Positions 50,901 to 64,000 of a stretch of DNA of 64,000 nt are shown piece by piece. Both the position numbers and the translations under genes were made by a program. The stretch's first letter is position 1, and each line of letters starts with the position of its first letter. This DNA is from Takakia lepidozioides (lineage: Eukaryota > Plantae > Bryophyta), in NCBI GenBank assembly GCA_030704615.1, contig CM060734.1:37696001-37760000 (forward strand), read 5' to 3'. The notes below the pieces were generated by a model that was not told the DNA's origin, did not search any database, and saw only the letters and a program-made list of their open reading frames with translations.

Positions 50901-51938
50901 GAATTTTGGCTGCCTACCTTGTATTTGGCAATGGTCCCAGGTTTTGTGGGTCACACAGGGCTCAATGCACTCTTACGATACTCCACCCCACTGATGATTG
51001 CAATGGCCGTCACTTTAGAGCCTCCTATTGGAACCGTTGTTGGTTGGGCCCTTAATGTGACTCCCACGCCCGGGTACAGGGAGCTCCACCTGGTCTTTCT
51101 GGTTTAATCATCAAATTCTTTGGACAAGGACTGAAGGCAAGTAGAATGTCATCCACTTATGCATCAGGTCTGGTTGGGTCTTCTTTGCTCCTCTTGTCTG
51201 CTATTACAGCCATATGGATGTTTGTAACAACAAGATTTAGAGATTGAATTCAAGCAATAGCTGCAGCGCATTCCATTATTTATCTCAAATACTTTTCCAG
51301 AGTGATTTTGTAACAATGCTTGTTTTCTGGCCTGTAGCATTTGGACATGTGTGGGTGGGGTGCTGCTGCTGCTAGGAACAATGTGGGTGAACTACACCAG
51401 CGAGCAACGAAAGGTGCCTTATGTGGATATACACAGCACTTCCTCTAATCTTACCGTCTCTATCATTCCTCACTGTACTGCCTTGTATCTTCTTGCTGGC
51501 AGAATGTAAATTCCAGCCCTTAAATCATGAATTCCCAACCAAATTGTCAGTGGCTGAGCAGGGGTGTAATGGACATTTTTAGGTTGAGCTTCATGGAAGC
51601 TCCATGAACTGCTGCAGGACAGTCCGTATGCAAGCAGAATTTGCCTTACCTTACTTCGTAAACTTTTCTCTAGGTTTACTTTTTCATCTAGTGTATTTCA
51701 AATTGCTTTGCCTGGCAGAGGTGTGCATCAATCAAGCTAGTAGTTATTCCAGTGATACTGGTCTGGTCCGTACTCTCATCGGTTAATCTAACAAGCATTG
51801 GGCCAGGTGAGCAAGGAGATGGAGTATTTGAGTCTTGGGGACGATGACGAAGATGGCGCTGATCTTCACAGCCAAAGCCACCAAGAAGACAACCCTAGGA
51901 AGGGAGATGATCATACTAATCTACTGTCAGCATCTTGA
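47960..51938 (+). CDS. EamA/DMT-family transporter, multi-exon, probably with an internal lesion near 50000
   Basis: Exons AVSSAGA | ..AGWRLQ..HFGLW | VWSLDHTSLPHSLLF..WLGD | WMPLYVY | PGFVGHTGLN..TLEPPIG | GGVLLLLG. The segment expected after GD is not found. Confidence 0.75.
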
Positions 51939-53488
51939 AGTGCTCCTGCAATGGTATAGCTCTACGAATCCCCCATTCACCAACATACTTTTCTCAGCAC
52001 CTCAGCCACTAAAGAGTAGTCAAGTTAGCTGCTGAAACCCCTACTGAAGTCAATCTGGTTAAATAAGCATAAACAAAGAAAGCAAGCTGAAGTTTTAGCA
52101 CCCCAAATTTTAGCACCCTGAAAGCTTTTGCACCAAAGAATAGATTGTAACAAAATGCAGCATGGTTGCAGATGTAGGCTAGGCAGTTCACCCTCCGCCC
52201 AGAAAGTGCAATCTTGTCAATGAGCTCATCATATGGACGGTGAGAGAAGAGAGTGATATTGGGGACGGACACCTGTGGAAATGGTCAGTTAGGCCAAAAT
52301 TTTGATGTGCTGCAATGCCCTGCACTTTGGGAGCCACAAAGACAGCCTGCAAGACTTTGAGGAATGACTGAAGATTACCTTGTAGTGGAGGATGTTGTGG
52401 TTGTACGGACCAGAAAGTCTGTTGTTGGCCACTAAAGTTTTTATTCTGCGAGAATTGACCACTCTATGCGCCAGTGGAGGGAAAGCAGATGGTGGAACAG
52501 GACAGTTGCTGTGGGCAGAGTGGCCAAGTCGGATATATCCAAAAACCCAATACTTTGTTCACCCTTGAGAGATCGACCACTCTATGCGCCAGTTGAAGGA
52601 AAGCAGATGGTGGAACAGGACAAACAGTCAGCTCATGCTTGCAGTCAGCTCATGCTGCAAAGGCAAAGGTTGCACCTGAACTCATGGTGACCTTATTGCT
52701 TCAGGCTTGCACACTGAAGACGTGATAAGCAGAGCAAAGCAAACTTGCAGGTTCACAAGTAACACTCAACCTTAGACACAGGCAGGCGGTTGGCAGCTCA
52801 AGAGATCACCTGGAGATGGGATGTCTGGGACCCAATAGGACAACAGAGCCAGTCACTCCCGAAGTTTCTTCATGACAGTATTACATAGCCAGATTTCAAA
52901 AGTTTTCCTGATGGTCCACCTCCTTTAACCCTTGCGCGCAGTTGATTGTAACACCACCTAATCTTGCTCACCATTGTCAACTCCTACACGTTCTTTAACC
53001 ATCCAGTCTTCCTAAGGGCTGTAACATGATTTGCCGATGCTCCTATAACCCATTTCGTAAGTACAGACTGTTTCCACAATTAGGTCTCCTTTTTGCATCC
53101 AGGTGGACATCGTCTGTTCCTTGCAAGATCCAATATGATACTGATCCTTCCACAAGAATTAGGAATGACTAACTCATTGCTTGAATTGCAAAGCCCATTC
53201 CCTAATGAAGCCAAAGGAGTTTGCAAGACTGAGATCTTCATAGATAGTCACTCCAGGCATGTTCAAAAGGTCTCCAGTTTTTTATAAGCCAGTTACTCAG
53301 TGACACCAGTGATTACACGCTGCCCAGGCCAACAACCTCATGGAATTTTTTAGGGTCAAAAAACAGTTCTGAATCTTATATCCCAGGCGGTTTGGTTGAG
53401 TGGGGAATTTGATTTGCTTGTTTAACCGCACCCCTCTCTGTCTGCCCTCTTCAAGGCTGCCTATCACGGCCGACTGAATGGAACCGTC

Positions 53489-54076
53489 CTACACTTCTGG
53501 GACAGCTCCAGTACGGAGCAAGCTCTGGGATGGATGACCCACGACTGCACAGAGGGCAGCCCAAATGGGTAAAAGCATGGACAGAGGCGGGCGGATGTGC
53601 AGGAAGGTGAGGGTAAGGCGGGCGTCATCACGCAAAAGCAATGCCAGATAGCAATAGCAGGTGGTGGGCGTTACCGCCTCATTAATTACTGGCCATAATA
53701 AGCGATGGAGAGGCACAAACCGCCGCAGCACAGCCTTGTTGTGGTACACAGTCTCCAACTGGATTCCCAGAGTGGGCATCACGACTACTGCCTCCTGCTC
53801 CACCCCACACCTTTGCCACTGGACGAAGACGAGTAACCCAAGCACCAGCATCCATTGCAAACTATCTAGTTTCTGGACCAGGAAAAAGCGAAGAGAGCCC
53901 AAGAACAAGCAAGCCAGGATAAAGAGACCCAATTGCATGCGGCTATCCAGGCCCCTTTGCTTCACAAAAATGCGGTGAGTGTGTAGAAGAGGAAACCCAT
54001 GTTCCTCCTGCCGCTCACACACATAACGATAGCATGGGTGGTTTGGTGGAGACTGCTGTGTTCCCTGCTCTCGCAT
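53489..54076 (-). CDS. PIGH: GPI-GlcNAc transferase subunit H
   Basis: Two TM segments, then EAVVVMPTLGIQLET..RRFVP..PVINEAVTPTTCYCYLAL..F..IRPP. Confidence 0.85.
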   Translation of the reverse strand: MREQGTQQSPPNHPCYRYVCERQEEHGFPLLHTHRIFVKQRGLDSRMQLGLFILACLFLGSLRFFLVQKLDSLQWMLVLGLLVFVQWQRCGVEQEAVVVMPTLGIQLETVYHNKAVLRRFVPLHRLLWPVINEAVTPTTCYCYLALLLRDDARLTLTFLHIRPPLSMLLPIWAALCAVVGHPSQSLLRTGAVPEV

Positions 54077-54499
54077 CTCGCTGTGCCTACATCTGATCTG
54101 CCATTGGGGTTGTTAGGAACCTGGACCCTTGCCTACACCAAGAGATACCACATGTTGTACAGCCAGTATATGAAGAGAGGCCCTAGAACACAACAACAGA
54201 AAGAAAGGCTGCCAGTAACAAGCAAGCAACACCTTAGTTCTAGGGAATAAGGATATCTACAGCTTTTGCAATACTTGTAACATGCTTAGGTCTCAGTTTC
54301 TCCATATCAGCCAAAGAGAAGACAAAGCCAGAGTAGCTGGCAACCTGTCACACAGAAACTTAAGATTAATATGTATCTTGTTGAGATGATTGAGGTTCAT
54401 GCTGTCCTTGCCAAGTGTTAAGACCTGAAACCATTTATCTGTGAGATTGTTGGGTACGCAAAAAAGACGGGAGAGAGAAAGACACCTTCTAAGCCAGAG

Positions 54500-56822
54500 T
54501 ACCAAATGCAATTTACTGGATTGGAAAAGGTCGAGGAAGTACTTGATAGCATCGGCTTTGTTTTGCTGACAGGTATCACCAGGAATCCGTGTATCAACCA
54601 CAGAATGTTCTGGAAAGTCGAAGTCCATAGTATCAGCACTTAAAAAATGTGGAAAACCTCCCAAAACCTGACAAGCTCCTCCAAGACAACTGAGTTGCCT
54701 TCAGGTGTCAGGTGAAGGCCATCACTGCAGCCAACAAAATCACACACCCTATCAAATCTTCCCCCTCAAAAACCCTCCAGGGAGGTCAACACATGCATAG
54801 CAGAGTACCGCTCTCAATGTCTTGCAGCCTCTCGATGCAACAAACCATACATGAAAATAGTTCTCAAAGCCATGTCATCTAAACGCAGTGGAAGAGGAAG
54901 TCCAGTTGCCACACTTCTGAAGATCATCTCCTGAGAGACTACAGGTCTCAATTGCCACATTGACCTACACATGCACTTCTTCAGCTCAGAATCAAAACGG
55001 ACTTTTCAAAGTATTCAGTATACATCAGAACAATAACATTCGGATGTCAACTCTTCACCGTAGAGTGCATTTGCACTGACCTGAGATAAGTCTGCTGCCA
55101 GTTGGGCCTCTGCTGAAAGATGAACCAGAGGTCAATGACAGGCACACATGCCTCCTTGCTCAACTCTTTGCATGCCTTGGCATATTGCCCTCTCACTTCA
55201 TTAGTTCGCTCTGGAGCCTCCTCTGCCTTGTCACCGTATGTTGCCCTGTCAAAGAGTCATGAGCTATCAGCTTTCCATATTTTCTTCTCATGCAAATCAC
55301 TGGCATGTAGCATAAGGCAGACCGATAAAGTTCCTGAACCTGGTATATGTGCGGCGCCCAACCTCGTCGATGGGAGGGGGTGCAATCAGCACCACAAGTG
55401 TTGTTTTTGCAAGGCCCTGCACAGAGGATATGCAGTTGTACGAAAGCCTTCTTCCTGTATAAGTGAAAATATAACATGGCCAGTGTATCTGTTGTCCTAC
55501 AATCTCGGCGTTACGGCAGAGTAACATCTTGGCCAACACTCAAACCTAGAATAACCACGCCATGACCGTTTCTCACAAAAGGAGTCCCAAGAACTTCCCA
55601 GTTTCCGAGTAAAGGAACTTCAACCCTTGATGCTGTCGAACACCACATTAGACTAACGAAGTGAAACAGTTCATGTATCAACTTAATTGGGCCGAGAAAG
55701 TCACTTGCAAATGAATTTGATGGGCCTCACAAACCTCCCACCCTGCTCACACTAACCACTCTAGGAAGCTAGCTCCGTTAACACTGTCCCCACAAGAAAG
55801 AACTGGAGTGCGCTATCCTCACAGTGCCTCCTCTTAAGGCACTTTGCAGCCCAGCCAGTATTAAGGAATTTGCGGGCACATCATAGCTTCATAAAAGGCA
55901 GGAAACAAAGAGATAATGTGTCAGGGAATAGTTGGAAAGGCATCTTCACATTTGCAGACCTTGAATATGCGAGATTATATGATGGAGATTGGCCTTAAAC
56001 TCAGGAATAGGTACATGCTGCCGCTGGCTGCGTGCGTCAGGTAGTGCTGCATCATTTGCACCAAAAAACACGAGAGAGAAGAAAGATCACCGCGCCTGTT
56101 CGGTCTATTCATTATCTCTAATTCTAAACCATCCAGAACCCAGCAATAGCTACATAGAAACCTATCAAGACTGAAGCCCCATGACATGAACACACGGGAT
56201 GTCTTTCTTGACTTTCCATATGCGTGAATAGACAAGGTGGACATGCACAGAGGAATCCCTTGCCTCATCATGACGGGGTATCCGGGGAAGCAACACTACC
56301 TTCGGAAATATTTTATCCAGTAGAAAGACTGCACATCGCGTGTTGTACCCACTATATCCTCGCAACACCACATCTGCCTGCACTCCAGGACACGCTTGCT
56401 ATCACTGCCCTCTTGTGAGAGAGATTTCTGAGCATACCTTCCGTAAGACTTTTCTAAGACATCAATCGTCGTGACTAATTTTTGAAGCTGGTCCCGTGGT
56501 ATAATGAAATCTAAAACCTTCAGATCATCCATAGGCAACTATCCAATAAGAAAAGGCAATGCGCCACAAGCATCCTCAGTGTTCAGCACTACTGACGACT
56601 CAACATTCGATGCGATTCTCTTAGTGGGTCTGTGCAAAGTTGTGGTTACAGAAACCAAGCAGAGGCCAGGGTTGTAAAACTATGTGCCGGATGGAGGAAA
56701 CAGAAAAGGGAGGAGTAAACACCTTCCTGGCATAGCGGTCAGCGAGACCAGCTCCCCACCCCCCCGACCGAAAGGACCACTGAGTGATGGAATCGCCAAA
56801 CAGCACAAATTCGGGGCGCATG
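54500..56822 (-). CDS. GDSL/SGNH esterase of the IAH1/CPRD49 type, 6 exons, with apparent lesions
   Basis: FVLFGDSITQ..GGWG | ADVVLRGYSGYNTR | FFGANDA..QHVP | LIAPPPIDE | PERTNE..IDLW | DGLHLT. Frameshift near 54665; 3' boundary approximate. Confidence 0.85.
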
Positions 56823-57159
56823 CTGGCGGCACGAGACGCTCTACAAGAAAACAGACACGCCATCGCCATCCATCGGACGTGCTCCGCTGGACGTCGACGA
56901 CCGCAGTACTATAAGCAGAGGGCGCCGTCTGTTAGACGTCGATCGCCGTGCAAAAAAACTTTTCTCGTCTCCTTTCCTTCATCTCAATCGTCAGAAGTCG
57001 TGTCGCTGAGGTTTGTGGGCACAAATGCTGGCGCTGGGAGTGCAAAAAGGGTGATTTGCACTTCAATATTCGTCTCAGTCTGTGCCTCTCTGTCCTCCGT
57101 TGGCACTGTTTGGGTTGGTGCCATCCCTGTTACTTCCAGCCAGGAACCGATTGATGAAA

Positions 57160-58516
57160 ATGTCGTCAGTGGACGTTCTCGAGCCACCACAAAAGGCAAG
57201 GTGCTGCTCAACACTACGCGCGGTCCCCTCGACATCGAGTTGTGGCCCAAAGAGGCCCTAAAGCTGTATGCTGCGCTCCATCTTTCTTTCTCTCACCTGG
57301 GGAGTGTTTTGTTTTCAGAAGCTTCGTTGAGTATTGAGCTTTGGAAAGTATACCGCTTTTTGTCTTTCTGATGGGTTGCCAGAGACGATTCTGTCGAATG
57401 TTGGGGGATGGGGAGGAAGGGAGGGTTACAGATCAATTATTAGCAATATGTTTAGGTGGGGGACTGGAAGCCGTCTTCCACCACAGGTCTCAGGTTCTGG
57501 ATTTAGGCTACATTTGTCACCAATTGCCTGGAGGTGTTGTTGTGCTTTGTTTTGTAATGATTTGATTTGATTGCTTACATTGCAAATCCTTGGGTGGTGG
57601 ACGATCAGGTGCGCAATTTTGTGCAGCTTTGCTTAGATGACTACTACAATACCACCATATTCCACCGGATCTCGCAGACCTTCATAGAGCAAGGGGGTGA
57701 CCCAACAGGAACTGGGACAGGCATGAATATTTTCCAACCTTTCATTGCAATTTTGTGTGCCTAAATTTCTAAATCATGAATATCAAGCAAACTTGCAGCA
57801 GTGATGAATGAAATGTTCACACTTTCCAAAAGAATCTTTTGTCTTGACAATTTGGTTGGGGTTTTTAGGATCACTATCTGATATAGTGCCTTTTTGTACA
57901 AGGAAGAGATCTGACCTTGGAAGCTTTCCGGTTGATTATTCTGTTCTTGGAAAATACAACCAGGAGGGGATACCATATATGGAGGACCATTTCCTGATGA
58001 GTTTCACTCTCATCTACGATTCAATCACAGGGGTCTGGTGGCCTGTGCCAATGCTGGGTCCCCTAATTCGAACAACAGTCAGTTCTTTATCACCTTGGAC
58101 CGCTGCGATTGGCTTGATAAGAAGAGTACCATATTTGGAAAGGTATGATCATTTTACACCTTGGGATCCATTGTCTTGTGTTAGACTCTTTTACCTTGCT
58201 CACCAAGCTCACAACGAATAATATGGCAGGGCTTGTAGGGATTACATGCATTTGTTTAGAATTACTAGGGGGAAAACACAGGATTTTCCGTATGAGCTCT
58301 TAGTTGCCACCGACTGCAAATGGCATGTCATATTTTATTTCAAATCAATCTTGCATGCATGTTTGCTCTCAAGGCCCAATTTGTGGGCTCAAAATTTCCA
58401 TGCGAGACACTGGCAGTAGACTTGAGACCTGGCCCCTGTAGACTCTTTCTTTAACACAAGATCCAACATCTGTGAAACATGAATAAAAAATCACTTGTCT
58501 GGTTGCCAGGTTACAA
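57160..58516 (+). pseudogene. CWC27: Cyclophilin CWC27/CYP57 5' fragment
   Basis: MSSV.VLEPPTKGKVLLNTTRGPLDIELWPKEAPKA (two 1-bp deletions) | [18 protein letters not shown] | FPDEFHSHLRFNHRGLVACAN..SQFFITLDRCDWLD..TIFGK | VT, then homology is lost. Confidence 0.85.
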
Positions 58517-60216
58517 TCTCCACGTCTGTTATTGCAGCCTGCCTTCACTTCTGTTTGGATCTTCTGTCAGTTGGCATCCAGAAGATGATATGCCTCTAAT
58601 TGTATGGCTGCCCATGCGGCTTTCACATGTCGCCGCTGTGTTTGAGAAGCCCCAACAGCAAAGCGCACAGTGTACACACCCCCTAACACCTGCATATTAC
58701 CACCACTCCTCAATCCCTTCACAAGGCCTATTGCCTATGACCACACATATAAGCACAATTGCAAATGCTGTTCCCTTTTGACAGGGAAGAAAAAGCCCAG
58801 TCCCCCTCGATGCCCAGGAGTTTTAAGTAGCTGAATCTCTCTCCCAATCTCGTGTCCCTTGGGCACTTTGGGGGACCCGAAGTCTTGTAAATATCTATCC
58901 CATTCTTTCTGTCTCCCTCCCTCCACCCACTCCCAGAAGGTCTGAGGTTAGGTTGCAAATCTGAGTCATGTCACATTCACTAAAAAATACTCCTTGACAG
59001 CTCCAACTATTACAGAACAAATCTTGCTAGTAGCCTTTGAACTTCCAATATTGCAAAGGTGAGGAGTCTACCGTGTGGGTTAGGAAGATGCTGCCTTTTC
59101 TGTTCAAAGCTTCTACCAAAGTCGAATTGAGAGTGTAGCCATTGTCTGGATCACTTGCAGGAGGTTTGAGACGGAAGCACACTAACGAAAATGTTCGAGG
59201 TACCACGATCTACCCTCCCAGGACCCAGGAAGATGTATTATTTCCCTTTTGTAATCACATCCACACAAATGAATTACTTCTGCTTGAACATGGGATATGA
59301 GGAAATGATCACCTCCTATTTCAAGTGCTGACATCCCTCAATATTATTTCCTCTTTCAGTTGAGAATACTTGGGCCGATCTAGCATTTATGTCGAAAGAA
59401 GCTTCCAGTCCGTTGCTCTTGTGGAAAGCTCCATGGGATTGGGGGCATGATGCAAACAAAATCTAATAACCCAGTCATGGACCCATTGGTATTTTCTCCT
59501 TGATATATCCACCCAGTCTTACAATCTTGTAGCGCATTTATGGTTTTTAACTTGTCAGTGTTAGTGACAGAATGGGCAGGCAAGAAAGAACCTCATATCT
59601 GGAGTCTGCCCGCACAAGGCCTTCGAAATACTCGGCGTTGTTTATGTGATCTCTGATGTAAGACCGCAAGCCTGATACGCCATGAAGACGCAATACCATC
59701 CACAGCTTTAGAGACCTGTATCAACAGTCTTAGCCAGTTGTTCAGACGGGGTCAGAGTCTTTTCTGGGAATTATTTTGGCCACTGGTCGCAGCATTACAT
59801 GTTCAAATGGGCTTGCTGGATGTGTTGGCAAGGAGTATGGGGTAAGGATCAAATCAGGGAAGCAAATTAAGCATGAGAAAAAAGAAGTTACAACTCTTGG
59901 AGAGAGAGGCCAATATGATGTAAACCTGAAACGGTGACCTAGTGGAATTTGCCAGTCTTTGTAATCCACAACCAGGTTTTCGTCTGATGCCTGCATCATA
60001 ATGTTATGTAGCAAAAGTGTTACATGGCACATCCACAGAAGTTCATCTATAGAGGTACTGAGTAAAAACTCCATATAGACATGAAAATGTAACCCCAGCT
60101 ATTCTAATCCAAGTTCAAACTTAAACGAGCACAACATAGAGAGTGCAGTCTTGACATTGTGACAAGCTGCCATCACACACTTTCTGAATGTGTCCAGAAA
60201 ACTCAGCCATAATGTC

Positions 60217-60329
60217 GGCTAGCACTCAGGAGGCAAAAGGACATCCACACATACTGTTAACATTTAAGGAGGTGGCTAGCACTCAGGAGGCAAAAGGACA
60301 TCCACACATACTGTTAACATTTAAGGAGG
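60217..60329. repeat. 57-bp tandem duplication in an intron
   Basis: ggctagcactcaggaggcaaaaggacatccacacatactgttaacatttaaggagg at 60217 and 60274. Confidence 0.9.
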
Positions 60330-60989
60330 CGACGCAGCAGGAATGGAGGAGAAAGACATCCCACCATGCATACCTTATTCCGCAAATACTCTGGGTTGGT
60401 AGAGAGAGCTGCTACGAGCAGACTTGGATCCTGCAATGGATGGACATCAGAACTTTTTCTGGATGGATAAAAAAAGTGTAACCTAAGCAAAAGCTGCTGA
60501 CTATCAGTCCTCGAAATGTTGTCACTGGCTTCCTCCGTATTGACAGGCAGAGGATTGAGGGGACTGCGTGATAACAGTGCAGCAGAATTATGATCACTGG
60601 AGTTACATTTCGAGGTGATGGCATACACATGCATGGGAAGGGCCAAAAAGAGGAGCAAGGAGTACAGGTCATGTGTTCAGGCAAGGTTATTGAGACACAC
60701 CTTGACCCACAGTGTGGAGCAATCAAAGTTGGTGAGCAGCATCTTGTGTGGATTCATGTTGTATGAGTTGGCCTTCTCTAGGCCATTCAGATGGTGCCGA
60801 AACTCTGGGCAGATGCATGCATTTCCTGCGAATGCTGCATCTACATGGAACCACATCCCATAGTCCTGCCAATACCATCCCACAGATCGGTATTGAAGTC
60901 CATCAGGATTGAGGAGAAAGCTATAAAATCACCAAAGGCATGCTGGTAAGCTGAATTCATCAACTTGCAATAGAATGTACTCAGAAGAC

Positions 60990-62400
60990 GTTGTTTGCCA
61001 TAGCCTTGTGGCCGTAGACCCCATGCCCAGTTTGGATGGAACAAAAGGGACCAGAAACTACCTTGTGAGGGGCTCACTCCGGTAGTGTGCAACTCACCTT
61101 GGCGTAAACAAATAGTTTGGCCAGATATCCTCTAGAATGCCCTTCACACAAGCATCAATCTGTTGGTAGACCCCAACAGGGGCCAGGGATTTAGGCTCAG
61201 CCTCAAGATGTTTTAAGTTGGTGAACAAAGGTGCAGGGACAATGTTCTTGATCGTCCTAAACAGAGTCATTCTATGGCGAAAATACCCCAGACAATGTAT
61301 CAGGCCCACAACATCAGGCAATTACAATCTCCTCTTCCTCTCTACATCTGTTATTGTTCAAAGGTAGGGTTCCCGCCCTGAGTTTAAATTTCAGTCTAGT
61401 GCCAAGGGTAGATAGGCCCTTGAGATCATCCTTAAGGTCCTCGCCCATGTCATGGACTGGAACCAAGTTTAGGGAAGTTTTATACCTAACTACATTCAAC
61501 TTGCTTTAGATAGAGCAGGAGAGGCTCAATGTGTGAACCTGTCACATATCATGGCATCCATCAGTTCGAAGAACTATGTGCATTCTATATCATGTCAAGT
61601 GACTTGAGGAGCTCCTTCAAGGCTTTGACACAGTTTTTCACTGCAACACAGCAGTATCGAATATAATATGGGAACAAGGGAAGTCTTTTGGAGTATCTCA
61701 GCTTATGTGTGGACACTCAGAACACCTACCTGGTAGGCAAGCTAGTGCGCACCGCCCTCATAATCATAGGTAGAGAATGTACTCATAAGATGTTTGCTGT
61801 AGCCTTGTGGCCATAGACCCCACACCGAGTTTGGGCGGAACTAAAGGGAACAGACAGTTCCTTTGTGTAGACAATTAGCTCTAGAGAGCCCTTCACACAT
61901 GCATCAACCTGATGTGTGTGACCTGCCCGGCAATTAGACCCCCAACAGGGCCATGGCTTTAGGCTCAGCCTCAAAAATTTCAAAGTTGGTGAACAGAGGT
62001 GCAGGGACAATGTTCTTGATATTCCTGAAAAGAGTGATTCTCTGGTGAGAATATCCCGGACAGTGTACCAGAAAATGAATATTGTCTTCAGGCGCCTGCA
62101 CATCGGGCAATTACAATCTCCTTTCCTATCTGCATCTTTGTATTGTTGAAAGGTAGGCTTTCCCACCCTGGGTTTAAATTTCAGTCTAGTGCTGAGGGTA
62201 GGTAGGCTCTTCAGATCATTCTTAAGGTCCTCACCCATGTCACAGTCTGGAAACAAGTTCAGGGAAGGTTTATGCCCAACTTCATTTCCATTGGACAGTC
62301 TTTGGGCATCCAACGTGGCCTTAGACACTGCAAACTTCAGGTCAGCTTCATCTAGCAAGGTCAATTCTTCTGGGCTAATATTCAGTTACTTGCATATCTC
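60990..62400 (-). mobile_element. Two diverged 5'-truncated LINE 3'-end remnants (~60990-61500 and ~61790-62400) in the decarboxylase intron
   Basis: Both encode TRLKFK(L/P)R.G followed by a Cys-containing segment, and both share the 3' end ggggtcta(c/t)ggccacaaggcta..gcaaaca. Confidence 0.6.
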
Positions 62401-64000
62401 TTCTACCCTTGTCAGCCAGGACTTAGCCTGTTCTACAGGACTGTCTTGCTTCCAAGAAATAGAGTCGACTATCTTAAGGTATCCAGTATTAGTCATACGA
62501 GTATTAGCCATAGGTGGAGAGTCGCTGGGATAGATACCAGAGGACAGAAATGCATTTGGAAGCTGCAAAAGCTTGCCGAGCCAGTCTAGCACAATGGTTT
62601 CCAGTTCTGTTACAGCTGGGGATGCAATCCAACTGAAGCCAAGCACATTGAAGCCACCACTGAGAAACTCTCCTAGCAAACCTGCTGTGCTACCGTTGAT
62701 CGGGAAATAGCCAAAAAAATTGGGGCTTTGCCAATGCGTGACCCCGGGCAAGATCTTGCTCTGCAAATCTGCACACATCAAGCATTGAGATATTCTCAGG
62801 GTAACAAACTTCACAATGATGCCACAATCATGAAGTTGTGTGGGCAGGCTTAGAAGCTAAGACTTGGCATCCTTCCTGTGAGTAAACTTGGTTTTAATGG
62901 CAATGCTGAAAAATACACTTCAGACCTACGTGTGGCATACATGAAGGGCGGGTATCGAGTCAACACAAGCGTTCCTACCAGCCACCACCCAGTCGACATT
63001 TGATTCCATATCATATTACAGATCAGAAACACCCTCCTTTTGGACGTGGGGACAAACATGAGTTATGACAGCTTGCCAGGAGTGGGAAGAGAGGATTAGT
63101 GACAGCAGGAAATTACCAGAGAAGACATCGTCCACAGTTTCTGGCTCTGCTGGAGCACAGCCAGGTAAAAGTGACCGCAGATATCCAGGCTGGAGATACA
63201 CACAAATCAGATAAAGCGACAATCATTAAATCAGTGAACCTGGTAGCAGCTAAGTTAAACAGACTCTCGAGAACAACTCTCCGGTCTCGGAAATGTTGTA
63301 GAAAGTCGAAAAGAGGGCACAAAGATTGAAACTTAGACTGGACTCCCCAAATAATTCTTCAGCAGTGCATTGCGCATCATGGGTAGACACTGAGATCGAC
63401 AGTGCTGAGACTATCCTCAATTGTTTGGAGGAACTTGATGGCCATGCTTCCAGTAGAGAGTAGGGCGGGTAAGTAATGCAAATAGTTGTCCTCTTCACCA
63501 GCTAATTCCTGTGGTTATCTGCATTGTAATCAGCCTTTCCTGACCAGTAGCCAGAGGTGGTAAGTTAGTTGAACCCAGAGTCATGTGCATATAAGAGTAC
63601 TATGAGAGCGCCTTAGTGTTGGTGTACCTTCACTTGGCTGCGCACTGGGAAATTCTCAATGTCACGGTGATAATCAGCAATGAAGTCAACCATTCTGTGT
63701 GCATGCTTCCTAAACTCTTCCACATCGAACGGTTTGGTGAGCCGTGACCCTGCTCCTGATCCTTCGCTTCCCCTGTCACACGTCAAACTATCAGTAAGCA
63801 ACCGTCCTCTCCTTTGTGTCAAATACTATCGACGTACGTACTCACCACCAACTTTTCTTCCAGTCTGCTCTTACATTGTGTGCGAAAAACCGCAGGCGCG
63901 CCGCCTCCCCAACGATCAGTTAGTCCTCTCACGGATACTGTGGCTTACTAGCACAAAGCTGTTTGGCTGAGGTCTAATACCTCACAACCTGCGGAGGCTT

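Larger units (their letters stand above)
58567..63822 (-). pseudogene. PLP-dependent aromatic L-amino acid (tyrosine/DOPA-type) decarboxylase lacking its central exons
   Basis: [16 protein letters not shown] | PGYL | [24 protein letters not shown] | [14 protein letters not shown] | NPEYLRNK | DYKDWQIPLG | SLKLW | FSLVCFRL | RFAVG. The GGGVIQG/SDQ/GTT exons were not found between 60870 and 62535. Start is approximate. Confidence 0.88.

Noticed and set aside
52457-52622. ~47-bp direct repeat as TSD or element ends
   Set aside because: Only ~70 bp lie between the copies and there are no element hallmarks. It looks like a local duplication.
60374-60432. Aromatic aldehyde synthase variant of the decarboxylase
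   Set aside because: The catalytic-loop Tyr is retained (NPEYLRNK), so there is no Tyr-to-Phe switch.

Overview
Eukaryotic plant nuclear DNA. The homogeneous PLS-PPR/DYW repeats, short introns and TE families suggest a seed-free land plant such as a hornwort, which is an inference. The window is TE-rich and heterochromatin-like. From left to right: (1) the 3' end of a Ty3/gypsy element with PPT and 3' LTR (1-5189); (2) shuffled PPR fragments, two tRNA-derived SINEs and a ~3.1 kb LTR-like unit; (3) a minus-strand LINE with APE, RT, chromodomain, Dam-like methylase, RNase H and CCHC/RHN motifs (Dualen/RandI-like), split in frame by a 20.1 kb insert (16740-36833); (4) a PPR-DYW pseudogene cluster, an orphan SSB-like ORF and tRNA-Phe(GAA); (5) a block of mostly damaged housekeeping genes (EamA, PIG-H, GDSL/IAH1, CWC27, aromatic amino acid decarboxylase). 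The insert holds ~15.9 kb of 115/116-bp satellite and an intron-containing ParB-like + beta-class N4C/N6A DNA methyltransferase gene. Each satellite monomer carries a 40-bp palindrome whose 4-nt core occurs in both orientations (CCAA/TTGG). The methylase gene is broken at motif I, and its C-terminal part lies inverted on the other side of the satellite, a twin-priming-like geometry. All domain calls come from manual translation and motif recognition, not database searches.
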